54,543 nt of DNA from Actinomycetota bacterium. GTDB lineage: Bacteria > Actinomycetota > Acidimicrobiia > Acidimicrobiales > Ilumatobacteraceae. Made by a program: the position numbers and the translations under genes. A model generated the notes under the pieces. It ran no database searches, was not told where the DNA came from, and saw only the letters and a list, made by a program, of their open reading frames with translations. Positions 36,587 to 46,156 of this stretch are shown in pieces. Where the stretch lies: contig JAQCDY010000001.1 of assembly GCA_027729785.1 (NCBI GenBank), positions 1 through 54,543 of the forward strand, in the 5' to 3' direction. Numbering within the stretch: the first letter of the stretch is position 1; the number at the start of each line of letters is the position of its first letter.

Positions 36587-39205
36587 ATGGTGGCTGAAAT
36601 TCGCACGGCGAACGAACTCAGAAGGTCGTTCACCGGCTTCTTTGAGCAGCGCGGTCACACAAAAGTTGAATCTGCGAGCCTGATCCCGCATGACCCGTCG
36701 ATGCTGTTCACGTTCGCGGGGATGGTGCCGTTCAAGCCCTATTTCGTTGGCGATGAAGTAGCACCGTTTAAACGTGCGGTGAGCGTGCAGAAGTGCGCGC
36801 GCGCAGGCGGAAAACACAACGATCTTGACGACGTGGGTCGCACAAAACGGCATTGCGTATTTTTTGAGATGCTTGGCAACTTCAGTTTCGGGGATTACTT
36901 CAAGACCGACGCCATTCCGTGGAGTTGGGAGTTGGTCACCGAAGTTTTTGGATTCGACGGTGATCAACTCTGGATAACCGTTCACGAGAGCGATGATGAA
37001 GCCGAACAGATTTGGCACGATCAAGTTGGAGTGCCGATGAATCGCATTCAACGGCTCGGTGACGCAGACAACTTCTGGCAAATGGGAGAAACTGGCCCAT
37101 GCGGACCGTGTTCAGAAATTCACATCGACCGAGGGGCGGCTTTTGGCCCAGATGGTGGCCCAAAGAATGATCCCAAAGGGGATCGCTTTCTGGAATTCTG
37201 GAATCTCGTCTTCATGCAGTTCAATCAGGACAAAGATGGCACGCGAATGCCACTGCCAAAACCAAGTATCGATACGGGGGCCGGTCTCGAACGAATCTTG
37301 GCGTTGAAGCAGGGCAAGGATTCAATTTGGGAAACCGATGTGTTGTATCCGCTGATCGAGCAAGCACAATCAGCAACTTCCAAAAAGTACATAGTGGGCG
37401 ACTACGAAGACCGGTCAAGTTTCTCGTTGCGAGTTTTAGCCGAACACGCCAGGTCGTCGACGATGCTCGTAAATGACGGTGTATTCCCCAGCAACGAAGG
37501 TCGGGGTTATGTTCTGCGCCGAATTTTTCGTAGGGCCGTGCGCCACGCATATCTGCTCGGTACAGACAAGTTAGTCATGCCAAAACTTGTTGAGACTGCG
37601 ATAGAAGTTATGCGTGAGGCACACCCGTCGCTGTTAGAGAACAAAGATTTTATTCTTGGCGTTTTGACCAAGGAAGAAGAAAGTTTTCGTCAGACACTCA
37701 AGAATGGTCTTTCAATTCTTGAGGATGAATTCTCGTCGATGAAAAAATCGAAAAAGAAGTCGACTTTGAGCGGTAAAAGTGCGTTCGTGTTGCATGATAC
37801 TTATGGTTTTCCTTTGGAGTTGACCCAAGAAATCGCCGGCGAGCGGAGTATCGAAGTCGATGTTGCCGCATTCGAAATAGAAATGAACGAGCAACGCACG
37901 CGTGCCAAGTCAGCACGCAAGGGTTCATCTGGCGTCGATGAAATGTTGGTGCAATATCGCCAGGTGCTCGAACAGCACGGGCAAACAAAATTTGTCGGCT
38001 ATGAATCTGCCAAGTGCGAGGCAAAAGTATTGGCGATCAACCCGATTGACGACTCGCAAGTCGAGGTGTTCTTAGACACGACACCTTTTTATGCAGAAAG
38101 CGGTGGACAGGTCGGCGATCACGGCGTGATCCGTGGTTCGTCGGGCGAGATAAGAGTCAGTGACGCCGTCTTCGCCTTGCCTGGTTTACGCAGACACATC
38201 GGTGTCTTGTCCGGGGAGATCGCGGTCGGTGCAAAAGTTACAGCGACTATCGATTCGGGGCTACGCAATGCGACTCGCAAGAATCACACTGCAACGCACA
38301 TCTTGCATTATGCATTGCGCGAGGTGCTTGGCGAACATGTCAAGCAGGCTGGTTCGATGGTTTCTGCCGAGCGCCTGCGATTTGATTTCAGTCACTATGC
38401 ACAACTGACACCAGCCGAAATTGAACAGATTGAACGAATCGCCAATGCGCAAGTACTGAATAATTCTGCGGTAAAAAATTATGAAACATCCAAAGACAAG
38501 GCCACACAAGCCGGCGCAATCGCATTTTTTGGCGATAAGTACGGCGATGTTGTGCGGGTGCTCGAAGCCGGTGACTCAATCGAGTTGTGTGGTGGTACGC
38601 ATGTCGCGGCGACTGGCGATATCGGTCTGATCAAAGTTGTTGAAGAAAGTTCAATCGGTTCGAACTTGCGCCGCATCGAGGCCGTAACCGGACAAAATGC
38701 TGTTGACTATGTGCTTGAGTCGGCAAGAACAATGCGAAAACTAAGCGAAGTTTTGGATACCAGTTCAACCTTGCTGGTTGATGCCGCGACGCGCAAAATG
38801 GCCGAAATCAAGCAACTCAACGATGAACTTAAAATAATTCGATCTGCTGCGGCTCGCGGGCGTGCCGCTGAACTTATAGGTAAGGCCGTTGACGGTGTTG
38901 TTGTTCAGCGAGTTGACGACATGTCGCCAGGCGATTTACGTGAATTAGCAATTGCAATTCGGGCCGATGGCAAAATCAAGGCCGTCGTGTTGGGCGGAGT
39001 TACACCGACTGGGGGCGTCGCATTGGTTGCCGCGACCGGCAGCAAAGTTAAAACTTCGGCGGGCGAGTTGATCAGCGAGGCCGCAAAAATGGTGGGTGGC
39101 GGCGGTGGTGGTAAGGGTGACATTGCCACAGCAGGCGGAAAAAATGCCGAGGCTCTGGATCAGGCGTTGCAGTTGGCGCTGCAGGCATCCAAAAAAATTG
39201 CGTAG
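36587..39205 (+). CDS. alaS: Alanine--tRNA ligase
   Basis: FTFAGMVPFKPYF, RHCVFFEMLGNFSFGDYF, WNLVFMQFNQD, the editing-domain motifs HTATHILHYAL and CGGTHV, and a C-terminal GGGGGKG DHHA1 region. A TAGGCT hexamer lies 8 nt upstream of the ATG. Confidence 0.96.
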   Translation: MVAEIRTANELRRSFTGFFEQRGHTKVESASLIPHDPSMLFTFAGMVPFKPYFVGDEVAPFKRAVSVQKCARAGGKHNDLDDVGRTKRHCVFFEMLGNFSFGDYFKTDAIPWSWELVTEVFGFDGDQLWITVHESDDEAEQIWHDQVGVPMNRIQRLGDADNFWQMGETGPCGPCSEIHIDRGAAFGPDGGPKNDPKGDRFLEFWNLVFMQFNQDKDGTRMPLPKPSIDTGAGLERILALKQGKDSIWETDVLYPLIEQAQSATSKKYIVGDYEDRSSFSLRVLAEHARSSTMLVNDGVFPSNEGRGYVLRRIFRRAVRHAYLLGTDKLVMPKLVETAIEVMREAHPSLLENKDFILGVLTKEEESFRQTLKNGLSILEDEFSSMKKSKKKSTLSGKSAFVLHDTYGFPLELTQEIAGERSIEVDVAAFEIEMNEQRTRAKSARKGSSGVDEMLVQYRQVLEQHGQTKFVGYESAKCEAKVLAINPIDDSQVEVFLDTTPFYAESGGQVGDHGVIRGSSGEIRVSDAVFALPGLRRHIGVLSGEIAVGAKVTATIDSGLRNATRKNHTATHILHYALREVLGEHVKQAGSMVSAERLRFDFSHYAQLTPAEIEQIERIANAQVLNNSAVKNYETSKDKATQAGAIAFFGDKYGDVVRVLEAGDSIELCGGTHVAATGDIGLIKVVEESSIGSNLRRIEAVTGQNAVDYVLESARTMRKLSEVLDTSSTLLVDAATRKMAEIKQLNDELKIIRSAAARGRAAELIGKAVDGVVVQRVDDMSPGDLRELAIAIRADGKIKAVVLGGVTPTGGVALVAATGSKVKTSAGELISEAAKMVGGGGGGKGDIATAGGKNAEALDQALQLALQASKKIA

Positions 39206-39212
39206 GCCAAAG

Positions 39213-39638
39213 ATGCGCAGCCTAGGTATCGATCTTGGCTCGAAAAGGATCGGTGTGGCGATGAGTGACAGCAGTGGCGTCATTGCGTCTCCGTTGATGG
39301 TGATTGATCGCGGGTCGAACCATGCGCTAGATCATAAAAAAATCCAAGAATTAATCGATGAGCATTCTGTCGAGTGCGTGGTGGTCGGCATGCCCTTGAG
39401 CATGTCCGGCAAAGTTGGACCTGCGGCAAAGAGCGCCCAAGACGAAATCATCGAAATGAAAAGCGCGTTGAGTGTTGCGGTTCATTCATACGATGAGCGG
39501 CTCACTTCAAAAACTGCCAATGACTCGATGATCAAAGCCAACATGAAGGCGCAGGCGCGTCGGCGAATTGTCGACAAGATCGCTGCCGCGGTGATGTTGC
39601 AAGGCTGGCTCGACCATGTGGATCGGGGCAAGCCTTGA
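39213..39638 (+). CDS. ruvX: Putative pre-16S rRNA nuclease / Holliday junction resolvase-like protein RuvX (YqgF)
   Basis: MRSLGIDLGSKRIGVAMSD is the canonical N-terminus. The track ORF (39096) extends 39 codons upstream into alaS, and that extension is rejected. Confidence 0.9.
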   Translation: MRSLGIDLGSKRIGVAMSDSSGVIASPLMVIDRGSNHALDHKKIQELIDEHSVECVVVGMPLSMSGKVGPAAKSAQDEIIEMKSALSVAVHSYDERLTSKTANDSMIKANMKAQARRRIVDKIAAAVMLQGWLDHVDRGKP

Positions 39639-40840
39639 CACAAAATCATGACGAGCAAAGTTGGCAGGAAGATCCATGGGACGGTCCAGATGCGTGGGGC
39701 TCGGGTGAGTTCGAGGATGTACGCGAGGAGTGGCGACCAGATTCGCGCGCGGTATTCGTCGCTCTTGGCGTCGTGATGATCGTCGTCGCGGTACTCGGTC
39801 TAAGTGGTCTGTGGTATCTGCGTCAGGTAAACCCTCCCGACACCAACGTCAGTGCTGTCCAGGTCGCGACGAACTTCACCGTGAATCAAAACGACTCTCT
39901 AGCCATGGTTAGTCAGCGGCTCAAAGACGAAGGCTTCATCGTCAACGCCGGAGTTTTTCGTTGGTATGTCGCACGCAAGGGGGGTATCGACCTGCAGCCG
40001 GGCTACTACCAGTTGACTCCTCGCAGCCATATTGGCAACATAATGAAAATTCTCAATACCAGTCCGTCGGTGACGTTCACCAAAGTTACATTTCCCGAAG
40101 GCTTTACGGTCGCCAAGATTGCCTCGCGAATACAAGAGAAGATTTCACGAATTTCAGAGCAGGATTTTTTGACGACGGCAAACAATCCGGATTTCGTCTC
40201 GGCTTACGGTCCAAACGATTTAGGGCGGTTGGATGAAGCAGAGTATCGGCTTGAGGGATTGTTGTTTCCTGACACCTATCAAATATCGGGCGACGAATCT
40301 TCGGCATCGCTCATTGATCGAATGTTGCGCCTGATGGAGCGCGTGGGCATTCAAGAAGGAATTGACGAGTCAAAAGCCAAGGTTGGAAGATCAGCGTATG
40401 AAGTTTTGATTATCGCGTCGCTAATCGAGCGAGAGGCAAAACTCGAAGTGGACCGGGCAAAAATAGCGAGGGTGATCTACAACCGTCTCGAACGTGGAAT
40501 GCCGTTGCAGATTGATGCGACCCTCTATTACAACGCCGCCAAGGGTGCTTCGTTCACAGAATTGAAAGAACTTGACAGCCCGTACAACAGCTACAAGTAC
40601 AAAGGACTACCACCGACTCCGATTGCCAACCCTGGTCGGGCAGCGATTCGCGCGGCGTTGAATCCGGCACCGAATCCACCACTGAGCGACCCGATTTGCG
40701 AAGGAATCAAAAAAGCATCCAACTGCGCATACATCTTTTATGTGCTGAGTGACGCCAAGGGTGGTCACACTTTTGCTGCCACGGTAGAAGATCATCAACT
40801 AAATGTCGAGGCTGCTCGAGCCGGAGGTTTTTTGCCGTGA
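39635..40840 (+). CDS. mltG: Endolytic murein transglycosylase MltG (YceG-like)
   Basis: An N-terminal TM helix is followed by a LysM-like region, then LIIASLIEREAKLEVDRAKIARVIYNRL...LQIDATLYY...SPYNSYKYKGLPPTPIANPG. The TTG start overlaps the ruvX stop. Confidence 0.9.
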   Translation: MTQNHDEQSWQEDPWDGPDAWGSGEFEDVREEWRPDSRAVFVALGVVMIVVAVLGLSGLWYLRQVNPPDTNVSAVQVATNFTVNQNDSLAMVSQRLKDEGFIVNAGVFRWYVARKGGIDLQPGYYQLTPRSHIGNIMKILNTSPSVTFTKVTFPEGFTVAKIASRIQEKISRISEQDFLTTANNPDFVSAYGPNDLGRLDEAEYRLEGLLFPDTYQISGDESSASLIDRMLRLMERVGIQEGIDESKAKVGRSAYEVLIIASLIEREAKLEVDRAKIARVIYNRLERGMPLQIDATLYYNAAKGASFTELKELDSPYNSYKYKGLPPTPIANPGRAAIRAALNPAPNPPLSDPICEGIKKASNCAYIFYVLSDAKGGHTFAATVEDHQLNVEAARAGGFLP

Positions 40841-41718
40841 GCCAAAAACCAACGACTATAAATTCGAACACCAAGTTGGCCGCAATCATTGGAAATCCGG
40901 TCGCACAAAGTTTGTCGCCGACAATTCATAACGCGGTGTTTCGTGCGTTGGATATCGACTGGTTGTATCTTGCATTTTTGGTCGAATCAAATCAATTGCA
41001 ACGCGCACTTGAAGCATTGCCGGCTCTGGGCATAGTCGGTTTATCGGTGACGATGCCACACAAAAACGAAGTTGCGAGGATTGTTTCAGAAATCGGCGAG
41101 GTGGATGAAATAGTCCGCAAGACAAAATCAGCGAACACGGTGATGTTGCGCGCCGATAAATCTTTGTTCGCCACGAACACGGACGGGCAAGGATGCTGCA
41201 ACGCAATTGAGATGACGGCGAATTTAAAAATAGCGGGGAACCAAGTTGTCGTGATCGGTGCGGGTGGCACGGCTAGTGCGGTGGTTTACTCGTTGTTGAA
41301 GAATGGGGCAAAAGAAGTTGTCGTGTTCAATCGAACTGTCGATCGTGCTCGCGTACTGACCCAGATGATCGGTGGTTCGTGTCGCGTGATCGAACTGAAA
41401 GAACTGCCAGATGAGGTTAGGCAGGCACAGATCATCGTCAATATGACGCCAGTTGGTTTCAACCCGAGTGGTGTTGCCAGCCTCGAATCAAATTCGATGC
41501 CGATTGATGCGCGACTGATCAACTCGAAACATCTCGTGGTCGACGCCGTGTATCGACCGTTGACCACGCCATTACTTGCGGCCGCACAGAAAGTTGGTGC
41601 AAAAACTGTGGATGGTTTGGAGATGCTCGTGCATCAAGCCGCACTTCAACAACAAGTTTGGTTGGGGCGCAGCGGCGAGACAAAGTTGATGCGCGACGCC
41701 GCACTCAAATCGTTCTAG
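40837..41718 (+). CDS. aroE: Shikimate dehydrogenase (NADP+)
   Basis: AAIIGNPVAQSLSPTIHNAVF, GLSVTMPHK, NTDGQG, and the Rossmann motif VVVIGAGGTASAVVYSL. Confidence 0.9.
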   Translation: MSQKPTTINSNTKLAAIIGNPVAQSLSPTIHNAVFRALDIDWLYLAFLVESNQLQRALEALPALGIVGLSVTMPHKNEVARIVSEIGEVDEIVRKTKSANTVMLRADKSLFATNTDGQGCCNAIEMTANLKIAGNQVVVIGAGGTASAVVYSLLKNGAKEVVVFNRTVDRARVLTQMIGGSCRVIELKELPDEVRQAQIIVNMTPVGFNPSGVASLESNSMPIDARLINSKHLVVDAVYRPLTTPLLAAAQKVGAKTVDGLEMLVHQAALQQQVWLGRSGETKLMRDAALKSF

Positions 41719-41776
41719 ATCTCGCGCCGATAGTTGGTTGAAAAATAATGACCCGAAAGTGACGGCACCCCAGAGG

Positions 41777-41782
41777 TAGCCT
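41777..41782 (+). promoter_or_regulatory. -10-like hexamer TAGCCT, 7 nt upstream of the aroC ATG (leaderless geometry)
   Basis: TAGCCT-gataagt-ATG at the end of the 71-nt aroE-aroC gap. An AGAGG lies 13 nt upstream of the ATG as an alternative, poorly spaced SD. Confidence 0.35.
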
Positions 41783-41789
41783 GATAAGT

Positions 41790-42953
41790 ATGCTTCGTTA
41801 TTTAACTGCGGGCGAAAGCCATGGTCAAGCCCTTGTTGTGATCGTCGAAGGGCTACCAGCAGGACTGGAAGTCACCGCGCAAGATATCAACGCCGAACTC
41901 GCCAGGCGGCGATTGGGTTTTGGGCGAGGTCCCCGACAAAAATTCGAGCAAGACGAGATCGTGCTTGTGGGCGGCATTCGCCATGGTCGCACGCTTGGCT
42001 CACCGGTTGCTATTGAAATCAAGAATAGTGAGTGGTTTCGCAGCGACGTGTGGCATGAAGAGATGTCTCCTGAGCCTGGTAAAACAAAAAAACCATTGAC
42101 CCAGCCTCGACCAGGTCATGCTGATTTGACGGGTATGCAAAAATATGGTTTCGACGACGCTCGCGATGTTCTCGAGCGAGCCAGCGCCCGCGAAACCGCC
42201 GCCCGAGTTGCGGCTGGTGCTTTGGCCAAATTGTTGCTCAAACAAATTAATGTTTCGGTGTTTTCACATGTTCTGCAGTTGGGTACCGCACGCAGCGAAA
42301 ACCTTGTCCGACCACAAATTTATGATCTCGACCAGATCGACGAGTCGCCGGTGCGGTGCTTCAATGCTCAAGCCGAAGCGAAAATGATCGCCGAAGTCGA
42401 GAGCGCGGCCAAAGACGGTGACAGTTTGGGTGGCATCGTTGAGGTGTTGGCTTATGGCATGCCTGTTGGTTTGGGCAGTTACGTGCACTGGGACCGAAAA
42501 CTAGATGGCTTGTTGGCTCAAGCGATAATGAGCATCCAGGCTGTCAAGGGAGTAGAGATCGGCGACGGCTTTGAGGTCTCGGCACGACGCGGGAGCAATG
42601 CTCACGACGCGATTGTCTGGAACGAAGCCGAAAATAAATATTCTCGTGAAACAAGTTTGGCCGGCGGCACAGAGGGTGGCATGTCAACAGGCGAGATGCT
42701 TGTTGTGCGAGCGGCGATGAAACCGCTGGCAACACTCAATCGACCAACGTTGAAGACCGTTGACACCGTGAGCAAGCAGGAGACGGTGAGTTTCAAGGAG
42801 CGAACCGACGTTACCGCCGTGCCGGCGATGGGAGTGGTTGCCGAGACGATGGTCGCCCTCGTGTTGGCGCAAGAAGCGCAACGCAATTATGGAGGCGACA
42901 GCATTGATGACTTTGTCAACAATTTCAATAGTTTCGCCAAGAGAATTAGTTGA
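41790..42953 (+). CDS. aroC: Chorismate synthase
   Basis: MLRYLTAGESHGQALVVIVEGLPAG, RPGHADLTGMQKYG, RASARETAARVAAGA, and GGTEGGMSTGE. Confidence 0.96.
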   Translation: MLRYLTAGESHGQALVVIVEGLPAGLEVTAQDINAELARRRLGFGRGPRQKFEQDEIVLVGGIRHGRTLGSPVAIEIKNSEWFRSDVWHEEMSPEPGKTKKPLTQPRPGHADLTGMQKYGFDDARDVLERASARETAARVAAGALAKLLLKQINVSVFSHVLQLGTARSENLVRPQIYDLDQIDESPVRCFNAQAEAKMIAEVESAAKDGDSLGGIVEVLAYGMPVGLGSYVHWDRKLDGLLAQAIMSIQAVKGVEIGDGFEVSARRGSNAHDAIVWNEAENKYSRETSLAGGTEGGMSTGEMLVVRAAMKPLATLNRPTLKTVDTVSKQETVSFKERTDVTAVPAMGVVAETMVALVLAQEAQRNYGGDSIDDFVNNFNSFAKRIS

Positions 42954-43528
42954 GTTTGGCTCTGAAAGTGACCTCTAGTTCACAAACTCAAACCAACTCT
43001 TTAATCGTGCTAATTGGGTTGATGGGATCGGGTAAAACCAGCGTTGGTCGGGCCTTGGCAAAGAAATTGAATTTTAAATTTGTCGACTCGGATGAACTTG
43101 TCGAAAAGACCGTCAAACTCTCGGTTCGAGAAATTTTTGCGCAAATGGGCGAAGTCGAATTTCGTCGGCTCGAATCAGTGGCACTTGCCGAAGCATGCAA
43201 ATTGACCCAACCGACAGTCTTGGCTGTCGCGGGAGGAGCGATACTTCGCCAAGAGAATCGAACCCTACTCAAGGACAATGCCGAGTGCGTCGTGTGGTTG
43301 GACGCGCCGACTTCGACGCTGGTCGGCCGCACAGGTCGAGCCAAACATCGACCGTTGCTTGATGCCGACCCGATCGGACAGTTGAACCAGATGCGCGTTG
43401 ATCGCGAGAGTTTGTATCAGCAGATCGCGACCTACAAAATTGCAACTGCACCTTTTAATGTTTCTCAAGTCGTGGATCAGGTCATTGAAACTTGCGAACT
43501 TACGGCCGCACAAGTCGTGGTGAACTGA
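42950..43528 (+). CDS. aroK: Shikimate kinase
   Basis: Walker A LIGLMGSGKTSVGRALA, DSDELVEK, and the LID region. The TTG start overlaps the aroC stop. Confidence 0.88.
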   Translation: MSLALKVTSSSQTQTNSLIVLIGLMGSGKTSVGRALAKKLNFKFVDSDELVEKTVKLSVREIFAQMGEVEFRRLESVALAEACKLTQPTVLAVAGGAILRQENRTLLKDNAECVVWLDAPTSTLVGRTGRAKHRPLLDADPIGQLNQMRVDRESLYQQIATYKIATAPFNVSQVVDQVIETCELTAAQVVVN

Positions 43529-44550
43529 TGTCAATGCGACGCATGAATGTCTCGTTGGGCGAACGTTCGTATCCTGTGGTGGTCGGCTTCGGAGCGATCA
43601 CTGAGATCAACTCGCTGATCCCCAAGAGTGCGAAGCGCGCCGTAGTCGTAACTCAAAAAGAAGTTGATTTTGTTCCCAAACTTGAGATTGACATTACGAC
43701 GGTCAACATCGGCAACGGTGAACAACACAAAAATCTGCAGACGATAGAAAACCTTATGCAAAAGTTTGCCGAGTTCGGTTTGACTCGCAATGATGTCGTC
43801 GTTGGCGTCGGGGGTGGAATGGTCACTGACGTTGCCGGATTCGCCGCCGCAAGTTGGCACCGAGGCACCGCAGTCGTGCATGTTGCAACTTCGCTGGTTG
43901 GCATGGTCGATGCCGCAATCGGCGGCAAAACCGGTGTGAATATTAAGCATGGCAAAAATTTAGTGGGTGCTTTTTGGCAGCCGAGTGGCGTTATCTGCGA
44001 CTTGGATGCACTCAAGACTTTGCCTGACCGTGAGATGCGCTGTGGTCTCGGCGAGGTTGCCAAATATCACTTCTTGACCGGAGACGATTTGCTAAGTCTC
44101 GAGATGACAGACCGAATCGCTCGCTGCGTAGAAATCAAAGCTGAAATTGTTTCTAGCGACGAGCGTGAGAGCGGGCGACGTGCGTTGCTCAATTACGGGC
44201 ACACGTTGGCACACGCGCTTGAGCGATCCAGCAATTTCTCGCTTGCCCACGGTGAGGCGGTGGCCGTTGGCATAATTTTTGCCGCTCATGTCGCCTGTGC
44301 AATGGGCCGAATCGACCAAAGTCGAGTCGATCAGCACTACAAAATAATCGGTCAAACTTATGGTTTGAAAACAAAGCCGGATGAAAAGTTCAATCGTAAA
44401 GATCTTGTCGCCCTGATGCGCAGCGACAAGAAGGCGGTCTCGGGGCTGACATTCGTATTAGATGGCCCATCAGGTATTGAAGTAGTCAACGGAGTTGATG
44501 AAAAGCATCTGGATCAAGCATTTGACGCAATGCAACTGAACGAGAAGTAA
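43528..44550 (+). CDS. aroB: 3-dehydroquinate synthase
   Basis: VGVGGGMVTDVAGFAAASWHRG, DAAIGGKTGVN, and the metal-binding HGHTLAHALE...HGEAVAVG. ATG 43528 overlaps the aroK TGA (TGATG); the longer track ORF (43492) would overlap aroK by 37 nt. Confidence 0.93.
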   Translation: MSMRRMNVSLGERSYPVVVGFGAITEINSLIPKSAKRAVVVTQKEVDFVPKLEIDITTVNIGNGEQHKNLQTIENLMQKFAEFGLTRNDVVVGVGGGMVTDVAGFAAASWHRGTAVVHVATSLVGMVDAAIGGKTGVNIKHGKNLVGAFWQPSGVICDLDALKTLPDREMRCGLGEVAKYHFLTGDDLLSLEMTDRIARCVEIKAEIVSSDERESGRRALLNYGHTLAHALERSSNFSLAHGEAVAVGIIFAAHVACAMGRIDQSRVDQHYKIIGQTYGLKTKPDEKFNRKDLVALMRSDKKAVSGLTFVLDGPSGIEVVNGVDEKHLDQAFDAMQLNEK

Positions 44551-44553
44551 TCT
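44548..44553 (+). promoter_or_regulatory. -10-like hexamer TAATCT, 7 nt upstream of the aroQ ATG
   Basis: TAATCT-aagagcc-ATG. It overlaps the aroB stop codon, so it may be coincidental. Confidence 0.25.
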
Positions 44554-44560
44554 AAGAGCC

Positions 44561-45019
44561 ATGGCTAAGACAAACGCGCGAAAGATCTTGGTGCTTAGTG
44601 GACCAAATCTGAATCTGCTCGGCCAACGCCAACCAGAAATCTACGGCACCGATTCGCTTGAAGACCACATGCGACGTGTGGATGATGCGGCCAAGCAGTT
44701 TGGTCTTGAGACGCAAAAAGTCAGCGCTCAAAGTGCCGCTGAGTTGGTGACCGCGATTCATTCGGCGCGAGGCAGTTGCGACGCGATAATCATCAATCCT
44801 GGCGCGCTAACTCACTTTGCCTGGAGCCTGCATGATGCGTTGGCAAGTTTTAGCGGACCAATCATCGAGGTACATCTTTCCAATCCTGCAACGCGCGAAA
44901 CCTGGCGTCACGAGAGTGTCGTCGCGCCGGTTGCCTCAGGTACCATCGCCGGATTTGGCGCCGATTCATATGTGTTTGCCGTTCATGCCGTGGCAGCCCT
45001 GTTGGCGAAAAAGAAATAA
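44561..45019 (+). CDS. aroQ: Type II 3-dehydroquinate dehydratase
   Basis: ILVLSGPNLNLLGQRQPEIYG, IINPGALTH, and EVHLSNP. Confidence 0.95.
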   Translation: MAKTNARKILVLSGPNLNLLGQRQPEIYGTDSLEDHMRRVDDAAKQFGLETQKVSAQSAAELVTAIHSARGSCDAIIINPGALTHFAWSLHDALASFSGPIIEVHLSNPATRETWRHESVVAPVASGTIAGFGADSYVFAVHAVAALLAKKK

Positions 45020-45022
45020 GTC

Positions 45023-46156
45023 ATGACTACGCAAACGGTTTCGACGCTGATCATCACGGGTCGAGATGTCGCGGTACGCCAAGAACTAAAGAAATCCGGC
45101 GTGGCAAACATCAAGTCGCTGCTGGTGACCGACCTGAACAACATTCGCTGGTTGACGGGGTTCACGGGTTCGGCCGGCACGCTGATTGTTCGTCCTGACG
45201 ACATGATTCTGGTCGTTGACGGACGATATGGAGATCAGGCACGAGAGCAGTTGAAAACATCCGAAGCCAATTGCAATGTGATCGAAGGACGAAGTGCGGC
45301 AGCATTGCGCGAGGCCCTCGCACAATCTACGAAAAATTTGGGTTCGATTGGGTTCGATGCTGGCGAGATGACGGTCAGTCAATACGAAAGCACGAAAGAC
45401 CAGTTGTCTGTCGAGTTGCAAAAGGTTGCGCCAGTCATTCCCAAATTGCGACGAAAGAAAACTGAACCAGAGATTCAGCGAATGCAACTTGCGGCACTCG
45501 CCACCGACAAAGCCCTCGAAGAAGTCGTGCCGATGCTCGTGATGGGTTTAACTGAACGAGATATTCGCGACGAACTTGATTATCGGATGCGACGCCATGG
45601 CGCCGAGTTCACGAGTTATGACACGATCGTGGCCAGTGGACCGAACGCCGCACGTCCACACCATCGCCCCGTGGCTCGTCAAATCGTGACAGGGGACAGT
45701 GTCGTGATCGACGTGGGTGGTTTGGTTGACGGCTATCACTCGGACATGACTCGAACATATTTGATCGGTGATGTTGACCCAGTTCTGAGCGAGATGCACG
45801 AAGTAGTGAGTCAATCTCAGTTGCTTGGTCTGGCACATGTTCGGGCCGGCGTGTTGGCCCAAGATGTTGATAAAACTTGTCGCGACTACATTGTCGACGC
45901 AGGTTTTGGAAGTGAGTTCACCCACAGCACTGGTCACGGTGTCGGTTTGCAAATACACGAGATGCCTTGGGTCAGAACAGGATTCGCAGAGCCGCTTGAA
46001 GTTGGCGAGGTAGTAACCGTCGAGCCAGGCGTCTATCGTGAAGGGCTCGGTGGCGTGCGAATTGAAGACTTAGTCGTCGTTACGCAAAGTGGCTGCCGAA
46101 TTCTTACCAAAAGCAAAAAGGATCGACAGTGTCTGCAATTACAACCAACGACCTAA
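45023..46156 (+). CDS. M24-family Xaa-Pro aminopeptidase/dipeptidase (PepP/PepQ-like)
   Basis: A creatinase-like N-domain is followed by pita-bread metal ligands (VVIDVGG..DGYHSDMTRT, HSTGHGVGLQIHE, VEPGVY, GGVRIEDLVVVT). Confidence 0.9.
   Translation: MTTQTVSTLIITGRDVAVRQELKKSGVANIKSLLVTDLNNIRWLTGFTGSAGTLIVRPDDMILVVDGRYGDQAREQLKTSEANCNVIEGRSAAALREALAQSTKNLGSIGFDAGEMTVSQYESTKDQLSVELQKVAPVIPKLRRKKTEPEIQRMQLAALATDKALEEVVPMLVMGLTERDIRDELDYRMRRHGAEFTSYDTIVASGPNAARPHHRPVARQIVTGDSVVIDVGGLVDGYHSDMTRTYLIGDVDPVLSEMHEVVSQSQLLGLAHVRAGVLAQDVDKTCRDYIVDAGFGSEFTHSTGHGVGLQIHEMPWVRTGFAEPLEVGEVVTVEPGVYREGLGGVRIEDLVVVTQSGCRILTKSKKDRQCLQLQPTT

Noticed and set aside
36455-37081. A 208-aa minus-strand ORF antisense to the alaS 5' region. 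The 190-aa ORF at 33932-34504, antisense to aspS, is similar.
   Set aside because: Both are fully contained in highly conserved aaRS genes and have no motifs. They are the usual antisense-frame artefacts.
39096-39212. A 39-codon N-terminal extension of the ruvX ORF, reaching into alaS.
   Set aside because: The canonical YqgF N-terminus MRSLGIDLGSKRIGVA begins at ATG 39213, just after the alaS stop. The extension would overlap alaS by 110 nt and is Arg/Pro-rich.
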